IMG/VR virus record: IMGVR_UViG_2690316278_000014
Origin: a virus
Taxonomy: Duplodnaviria > Heunggongvirae > Uroviricota > Caudoviricetes
DNA: 13,245 nucleotides
Direction: 5' to 3' (one strand)
Notes under the pieces: model-generated
Database searches by the model: none
Seen by the model: only the letters and a program-made list of their open reading frames with translations
Told to the model about the DNA's origin: nothing
Shown here: positions 1 to 5,458 of the stretch, piece after piece
Numbering within the stretch: the first letter of the stretch is position 1
How the letters are laid out: every line of letters starts with the position of its first letter
Translations under genes and position numbers: made by a program

Positions 1-293
1 TTATCGATCTATTAAACATTAAGTTAGCCTCATTAAAAAGCGAATTGCAATCACTTACCTTTTGGAAAGTATCGCCAAAAGATGAAGCTATATTCAATAA
101 TTATTTCTTCAGTAATCAAATTGCTTTAGGAACATTGAGGGAAGCGATAAGTTTTGATATAAATGACATTCATGATAGATATCATTACAATGTCAGCTAT
201 GGAAAGTTATTAGTAGATACATTTGATAGTTTAATAGAAGCACATGCAACCTTGAAAAAGGACATGAATAACTTATTCGTTTTCTCTAATTAG
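1..293 (+). CDS. 3' end of an unidentified ORF entering from the left window edge; about 97 C-terminal codons visible; product unknown
   Basis: The frame of the 45..293 ORF stays open back to nt 3 (IDLLNIKLASLKSELQSLTFWKV...), so the TTG at 45 is probably internal. Stop TAG at 291-293. No motif recognised. Confidence 0.3.
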   Translation, partial: IDLLNIKLASLKSELQSLTFWKVSPKDEAIFNNYFFSNQIALGTLREAISFDINDIHDRYHYNVSYGKLLVDTFDSLIEAHATLKKDMNNLFVFSN

Positions 294-471
294 AGTCCAC
301 AACTCCCAATAGACGGTGGGGTATCCTCACCGCTATAACTAACATCTCAACATTAAGATTTATAAGGTCTTCATTAAAGTACTCCCCCTTTCGTACCTCC
401 TATATAAATAGAGGAAGTAATATATATCACCATCGTAGGTGTTAAATTCCATTCTTATCATCTCGTAAACC

Positions 472-511
472 CTATAGTGGGTTAGTAGTTCTAACCCTCA
501 ATCTATAGTGG
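472..511. repeat. Direct repeat CTATAGTGG (472-480 and 503-511) flanking an inverted repeat GGGTTAG-tagtt-CTAACCC (479-497)
   Basis: Read directly in the convergent intergenic region between the + ORF ending at 293 and the - gene ending at 550. No downstream T-tract on either strand, so not a canonical intrinsic terminator. Confidence 0.5.
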
Positions 512-549
512 CATCTAACATTTACCTTACATTCCAAAAAATATTATTC

Positions 550-1982
550 TTAAGTCTTTTTATCTTGCTTAAGTAATGCAATGAGTCTGTGAGAGTTAGG
601 GATTTTATGTTCATTCCCCTCCACATCTAAAATAGTTATATCTTCTAAATGACAAATATCACATTCATTATCTATCGTGACTAAGTCTGAGCTTACCAAT
701 TCAAATTTTTTTCTTTGCTTTTCTTTAATAACAATGCTCTCTTTTGGAGATGAATGGCTCCTAATGCCTTTTTCATAATGGCAAAGCATCCCTTCCAAAA
801 CTGCATCACGCCTACCAACATTGATCACTATCACCTCGATTTTATAAGGTTCCTCATCAAAAGACTCGTAGACGAGGTCAGCTGTTATTTTTAGCCTTGA
901 TCTATCATGCCATGCTGCCCTACCGGAGAAGTATAAGGAAGTACATGCAANNNNNNNNNNNNNNNNNNNNNNNNNNNNNNNNNNNNNNNNNNNNNNNNNN
1001 NNNNNNNNNNNNNNNNNNNNNNNNNNNNNNNNNNNNNNNNNNNNNNNNNNNNNNNNNNNNNNNNNNNNNNNNNNNNNNNNNNNNNNNNNNNNNNNNNNNN
1101 NNNNNNNNNNNNNNNNNNNNNNNNNNNNNNNNNNNNNNNNNNNNNNNNNNNNNNNNNNNNNNNNNNNNNNNNNNNNNNNNNNNNNNNNNNNNNNNNNNNN
1201 NNNNNNNNNNNNNNNNNNNNNNNNNNNNNNNNNNNNNNNNNNNNNNNNNNNNNNNNNNNNNNNNNNNNNNNNNNNNNNNNNNNNNNNNNNNNNNNNNNNN
1301 NNNNNNNNNNNNNNNNNNNNNNNNNNNNNNNNNNNNNNNNNNNNNNNNNNNNNNNNNNNNNNNNNNNNNNNNNNNNNNNNNNNNNNNNNNNNNNNNNNNN
1401 NNNNNNNNNNNNNNNNNNNNNNNNNNNNNNNNNNNNNNNNNNNNNNNNNNNNNNNNNNNNNNNNNNNNNNNNNNNNNNNNNNNNNNNNNNNNNNNAAGCC
1501 TGTCGTGCTTTTGGATCACGCTCGTAGGAGTTTACTGTAACTTGCTTTTTTGCACCCTCAGCGTAGTTTTCAGGTGAGGTAATTTCATCTGGAAATGGAT
1601 TAGGTAAAAAGTCTGCATACCAAACTGTTCCTTCTTTCCGAAGGTAACGTTTTTCAAGTTTTGGAGTGAACCGTTTGATAACAGCTACATCTCTATTCTC
1701 ATCGTTTCGTCCCTGCTCCATATCAAACGTGTAAAGCTCATAACCTTCAGCTATCAATTGAATGTGTTCAATAGCTTGAATATATCCAAGATTTTTTCTT
1801 TCCTTTCCCTCCACAACTTTGGTTTTCCACCGCTCCCTCAGAATGACTGATCTTTCTTGCTCTTTTTGTACATCCCATGCACCAAAGATAACCATTTTCT
1901 TGTCGTGGTTCACAAATGACCAACTCCAAGTCCAGTTACTACAAGTAGCACCATGCGACTGGATGAATTGTTTTCTGTTCAT
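550..1982 (-). CDS. Hypothetical protein, possibly about 477 aa: Trp-rich N-terminal region plus C-terminal HNH-like (His-Me finger) signature. Interior 951-1495 is masked, so this may instead be two adjacent genes (1496..1982 and 550..950)
   Basis: ATG at 1980-1982 preceded by AGAGAGGGA about 5 nt upstream. N-terminal 162 aa (MNRKQFIQSHGATCSNWTWSWSFVNHDKKMVIFGAWDV...) is open to the mask. Below the mask a different frame is open from 950 to the TAA at 550-552 (133 codons) and contains CHYEKG ... SHSSP ... NECDICH ... EGNEHKIPNSH. The frame change across the mask is uninformative because N-run lengths are unreliable. Confidence 0.5.
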
Positions 1983-2354
1983 GGTATCCCTCTCTTAATT
2001 CCCTCTTTGTACACAAAAAATGCCTACTTGATCCAGTACTTTATGTAGCTATCCAATAGCATCATAGTAGTGGAAATGACCAGAGCGAGAGTTGTGGAAC
2101 TGGCGGGGCATGTCGTACTTACCAATTCACTTTAGGTACTTCATTTGCTGTACTAACATCTATCGAGCAAAGCGAGTAGTAACGCCTTGCGGGTTTTCGA
2201 GTACTGGCGAGAAAAACGCAACGTTACTAACCAATACTACGAGGAGTTCACGACGAGTAGTATTCGTGACGCAAGTCACAGTTTCTTGGAATACTGATAG
2301 AGAAAGAAATACATGGAATGAAATGGAATGGATTTCGTATCTCTATACTTAGTT

Positions 2355-2436
2355 GCCGTATTGATGGTAAATAGCGGGTTTCAGGGGCTTTTTTTGCCGT
2401 ATTACGGCATACATCCATGCCGTAATATGCCGTAAT
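2355..2436. repeat. Cluster of five GCCGTA(A/T)T motifs, including a 13-bp palindrome GCCGTAtTACGGC (2396-2408) and a tandem 10-mer ATGCCGTAAT x2 (2417-2436)
   Basis: Copies at 2355-2362, 2396-2403, 2401-2408 (inverted), 2419-2426 and 2429-2436. Lies immediately 3' of the 153-aa gene (stop at 2446-2448) and about 400 bp 5' of the 550..1982 gene. Confidence 0.6.
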
Positions 2437-2445
2437 AAGTTACAA

Positions 2446-2907
2446 TTAACGCAAGCCCTTTAAGTACTCGATCATGTCATCAATAAAGTCACCTTGTTTT
2501 TGTAGTTCCAATAGTTTACCAAACTCTTTATATGTTAGTGTTCTTTGTCCATATACTGGTGCTGGCAGTGCGTTTGGGTGTGCCAACATATACTGCTCTA
2601 TTCGTTTTGCTGCATCCGTGATCGCTGCCCCATAGTACCTGATCATACGTTCTTTTACTTGTTTCTTATTCTGTTGTACTTTAATAGCATTGATAGTATT
2701 GAATAGTAAATCATTCCGTAATTCATCTTCATTACTCAATACTGCAAACACATCATATACACTAATCTTATCTCTCACTTTAAGTTTAGCTACTGAGTCC
2801 TTCATGATGTTCTTGATGTCTTCGCATGGGATATCTTTATATAGCTTGTACTGGCTAATTAGTGCTTTTATGTTTCTGTTATCAAAAGTTGAATAGGTTT
2901 TTGCCAT
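2446..2907 (-). CDS. Hypothetical protein, 153 aa; no recognisable domain
   Basis: ATG at 2905-2907 with AGGA about 9 nt upstream on the - strand; complete ORF with TAA at 2446-2448. Protein begins MAKTYSTFDNRNIKALISQYKLYKD. Confidence 0.55.
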   Translation of the reverse strand: MAKTYSTFDNRNIKALISQYKLYKDIPCEDIKNIMKDSVAKLKVRDKISVYDVFAVLSNEDELRNDLLFNTINAIKVQQNKKQVKERMIRYYGAAITDAAKRIEQYMLAHPNALPAPVYGQRTLTYKEFGKLLELQKQGDFIDDMIEYLKGLR

Positions 2908-3001
2908 GATAAATAATCCTGTATAAATTAATTAATCGTGACCCGTAGTGATTACAGGCCATTTAATAAGTTTGGCTTCATTGCCATTGAGTTTTGAATA
3001 G

Positions 3002-3030
3002 ATGCCAGTACTGGAATACTGGCATTTTTT
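3002..3030 (+). terminator. Terminator-like hairpin ATGCCAGTA-ctggaa-TACTGGCAT followed by T5-6, contains the perfect palindrome CCAGTACTGG; function uncertain (terminator shape only in + orientation, or an operator-like palindrome)
   Basis: 9-bp stem at 3002-3010 / 3017-3025, T-run 3026-3030. Overlaps the stop codon of the HNH gene (3029-3031) and lies about 95 nt upstream of the 153-aa gene start. No convincing + strand gene upstream. Confidence 0.3.
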
Positions 3031-3583
3031 ATGGTTTACGTTGAATGGTTAGGCTTTGTATTCTTTGTCTTTGCTTATTCGTAAGATATGTTGTGTACCA
3101 TTTTGAATAGGTAGTACCTTTGAATAACTTACCTATATTCTGAGGGCAAATATTAATACCAGTTTGATTTAAAAACCATTTAGTGATTGCATATTGAGAT
3201 AATTGTCCTTTAAGGTACTCTCCAACAATCATTAACCATTGCTTTAGAGTAAGCTTTTGAGTACGAGTACCTTTATGCTTTCTATTGGAATTATTAACCT
3301 TCTGAGTTACCCAACGTAAATTTTTTGCTTTGTTATTCATTTTATCGCGGTCGATATGATCTACAGTGTATCTTCCTCCAATGGGTTTAGCACCATTGAA
3401 TAAAGTACAAACCAAAACATGTACATATAGTGATTTGCCATTAATAGAAACTTTTTTGTATCCATTAGATGGGTTTTTCGTAGCTATATACTGTTTTGTT
3501 TTATCATTGTAAACATCGCCATTTTCAGATACGTAGTAATGTTTTGAATTTGGAATTAATCTCCAAGTGATTTTAGGGTTCAT
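3029..3583 (-). CDS. HNH homing-endonuclease-like protein (NUMOD4-type N-terminus plus HNH_3-type core), 184 aa
   Basis: ATG at 3581-3583 with AAGGA about 8 nt upstream. N-terminus WRLIPNSKHYYVSENGDVYN matches the NUMOD4 pattern (Y-x-VS-x-x-G-x-V) and YVHVLVCTLFNGAKPIGGRYTVDHIDRDKMNNKAKNLRWVTQKVN matches the HNH_3 core (HR-L/V ... V-N/D-H-I/K-D ... NN ... NL-x-W-V-T). The basic C-terminal tail is probably DNA-binding. Confidence 0.75.
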   Translation of the reverse strand: MNPKITWRLIPNSKHYYVSENGDVYNDKTKQYIATKNPSNGYKKVSINGKSLYVHVLVCTLFNGAKPIGGRYTVDHIDRDKMNNKAKNLRWVTQKVNNSNRKHKGTRTQKLTLKQWLMIVGEYLKGQLSQYAITKWFLNQTGINICPQNIGKLFKGTTYSKWYTTYLTNKQRQRIQSLTIQRKP

Positions 3584-3637
3584 ATCAAACGTCCTTGTTG
3601 TTATCGCGTCACTCCATGTGATCGCGTCTGCTACTAC

Positions 3638-3946
3638 TTAGAGGCCAGTAGCATTTAGCCTATATTCATCCCTCGCCTTCTCACATACGATTAGCAAACG
3701 GTTTAAACATTCCTTATGTTCATCTTCAGCAGCCAGTACAAACATTACCATTGGTAATCCGTCGATTAGGTAATTTCCATTCCATGTAATAGTACCTAAT
3801 ACTTCTGGATCACCAATTCGTTCATAATGTGCTTCTAATGAACCTTCCTGATACTTCACACAATAGAAATAGTGATAATCCATATCCCCTACTATTGTGT
3901 AATCATCAAAATATTGTACTAAATCAAAGTCATTCTTCATTACCAC
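3638..3946 (-). CDS. Hypothetical protein, 102 aa, overlapping the end of the upstream RHH-like gene; possible partner of a two-gene module
   Basis: Complete ORF (MVMKNDFDLVQYFDDYTIVGDMDYHYFYCVKYQEG...), TAA at 3638-3640. Start ATG at 3944-3946 or 3938-3940, both overlapping the upstream gene, whose stop is at 3930-3932. Confidence 0.5.
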   Translation of the reverse strand: MVMKNDFDLVQYFDDYTIVGDMDYHYFYCVKYQEGSLEAHYERIGDPEVLGTITWNGNYLIDGLPMVMFVLAAEDEHKECLNRLLIVCEKARDEYRLNATGL

Positions 3947-4115
3947 CGCCCTGTAAAATCATGTACTGATTAATTAAGTACTGAACACAGGCTGATAATG
4001 AATCTTTCTGTACCTTCCCACTACTAATTAGCTGGTTAAGTACAAGTACTTGATCGTCATTAAGACGTGCGGTTACTACATGATGTTTGCGTTCCTTTAA
4101 AGTTACTTTTTTCAT
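3930..4115 (-). CDS. Small ribbon-helix-helix-like (CopG/Arc/MobC-type) DNA-binding protein, 61 aa; candidate autoregulator or antitoxin-like component
   Basis: ATG at 4113-4115 with AAGGA about 7 nt upstream. Sequence HVVTARLNDDQVLVLNQLISSGKVQKDSLSACVQYLI has the beta-strand / helix / helix periodicity of RHH proteins. Assignment by pattern only. Confidence 0.5.
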   Translation of the reverse strand: MKKVTLKERKHHVVTARLNDDQVLVLNQLISSGKVQKDSLSACVQYLINQYMILQGGGNEE

Positions 4116-4132
4116 TTCTATATCCTTATAGG

Positions 4133-4152
4133 TGTATTTGTATACTGTATTT
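4133..4152 (-). promoter_or_regulatory. Operator-like element TGTATTT-GTATAC-TGTATTT immediately upstream of the RHH gene ribosome-binding site
   Basis: Two 7-bp direct repeats separated by the palindromic hexamer GTATAC, 18-37 nt upstream of the ATG at 4115. RHH regulators commonly bind such short repeats in their own promoters (inference). Confidence 0.3.
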
Positions 4153-4164
4153 ATAAATCCAAAT

Positions 4165-4192
4165 TAAAAAGATACCTCTCTCGCAAGAGAGG
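4165..4192 (-). terminator. Rho-independent terminator-like hairpin on the - strand (stem CCUCUCU / AGAGAGG, UGCG tetraloop, then UAUCUUUUUAAUUU)
   Basis: 7-bp stem at 4175-4181 / 4186-4192 with a 4-nt loop; on the - strand it is followed by a U-rich tract (4165-4174). Lies about 140 nt downstream of the 4332..5130 gene and about 60 nt upstream of the RHH gene, suggesting separate transcription units. Confidence 0.45.
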
Positions 4193-4331
4193 CAATCTTA
4201 ATTAAAAAGGAAATTTATTGTCGCTATATTATTTATGTTCAAAGCTGGAGCGGAAGGCAAAACGCATTATCGTTCTGATACTATTAGTATAGCACCAAAA
4301 CTTTTAGCGTTTCATTTTTCTTACTACGTAT

Positions 4332-5130
4332 TTATTTATCGATTTGATTTTTAATGGGGAAAGCAATAGTACTAAAATCATAGATAAAAACATGAGCANN
4401 NNNNNNNNNNNNNNNNNNNNNNNNNNNNNNNNNNNNNNNNNNNNNNNNNNNNNNNNNNNNNNNNNNNNNNNNNNNNNNNNNNNNNNNNNNNNNNNNNNNN
4501 NNNNNNNNNNNNNNNNNNNNNNNNNNNNNNNNNNNNNNNNNNNNNNNNNNNNNNNNNNNNNNNNNNNNNNNNNNNNNNNNNNNNNNNNNNNNNNNNNNNN
4601 NNNNNNNNNNNNNNNNNNNNNNNNNNNNNNNNNNNNNNNNNNNNNNNNNNNNNNNNNNNNNNNNNNNNNNNNNNNNNNNNNNNNNNNNNNNNNNNNNNNN
4701 NNNNNNNNNNNNNNNNNNNNNNNNNNNNNNNNNNNNNNNNNNNNNNNNNNNNNNNNNNNNNNNNNNNNNNNNNNNNNNNNNNNNNNNNNNNNNNNNNNNN
4801 NNNNNNNNNNNNNNNNNNNNNNNNNNNNNNNNNNNNNNNNNNNNNNNNNNNNNNNNNNNNNNNNNNNNNNNNNNNNNNNNNNNNNNNNNNNNNNNNNNNN
4901 NNNNNNNNNNNNNNNNNNNNNNNNNNNNNNNNNNNNNNNNNNNNNNNNNNNNNNNNNNNNNNNNNNNNNNNNNNNNNNNNNNNNNNNNNNNNNNNNNNNN
5001 NNNNNNNNNNNNNNNNNNNNNNNNNNNNNNNNNNNNNNNNNNNNNNNNNNNNNNNNNNNNNNNNNNNNTTTTCTTTTTTTGCTTTATTTTCTTTCTTACG
5101 CATTTTGGCAATCCTCTCTTTAGAATTCAT
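4332..5130 (-). CDS. Hypothetical protein with lysine-rich N-terminus (MNSKERIAKMRKKENKAKKE...); interior 4399-5068 masked
   Basis: ATG at 5128-5130 with AGGAG upstream on the - strand. The visible 3' end in the protein-like frame (...AHVFIYDFSTIAFPIKNQIDK) stops at TAA 4332-4334. The 5' and 3' visible parts are in different frames across the N-run, so length and continuity are unverified. Confidence 0.4.
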
Positions 5131-5249
5131 CTCATGGTTTCATCGCTCCTATTCGTTAGTGAATGACGCTATGGTACTGGTTTAACGTTGAAANNNNNNN
5201 NNNNNNNNNNNNNNNNNACGTTGAAAAGTCAAAAAAGTTAATTTTACCC

Positions 5250-5278
5250 TTGACTATTCTAACACACGCTGATATAAA
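5250..5278 (+). promoter_or_regulatory. Sigma70-like promoter TTGACT-17 bp-TATAAA on the + strand, pointing antisense into the 3' end of the recombinase gene
   Basis: TTGACT at 5250-5255, 17-nt spacer, TATAAA at 5273-5278. An inverted copy AGTCAA sits at 5227-5232. No + strand ORF follows, so a small or antisense RNA is possible but unproven. Confidence 0.3.
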
Positions 5279-5458
5279 TGATTTGCTGTATTTTGCACGG
5301 AAATCTTAAACCCATCGGGTGCGTAGTTATATCCAAAATTCATAATCCCTCTTTTATTGCTCTATCTACAATGCCGTTAGATTTCGACATCGTAGATATA
5401 TTGTTCAAATATTAACTCGCATAATTCATTCTACAAGACCATAAATTCTCATTAGCTT

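Noticed and set aside
897-1577. ORF-track entries that run through N-runs (for example 897..1577 +, 920..1519 -, 4344..5123 +, 7281..8222 +, 7363..7692 +, 7369..7653 -, 7647..8099 -, 7675..8220 -, 7700..8254 +, 9559..9744 -, 9597..9791 -, 10966..11694 -, 12708..13238 -)
   Set aside because: They are open only because N translates to X and cannot contain a stop; most of their length is unsupported by real sequence.
2092-2352. 86-aa + strand ORF inside the long intergenic region
   Set aside because: Implausible composition (MWNWRGMSYLPIHFRYFICC...), no ribosome-binding site noted, and opposite in strand to every other island gene; treated as non-coding.
4133-4160. Possible LexA (SOS) box near CTGTATTTATAAAT upstream of the RHH gene
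   Set aside because: Has CTGT but lacks the matching ACAG half-site at the required spacing; interpreted instead as the TGTATTT direct-repeat operator-like element.
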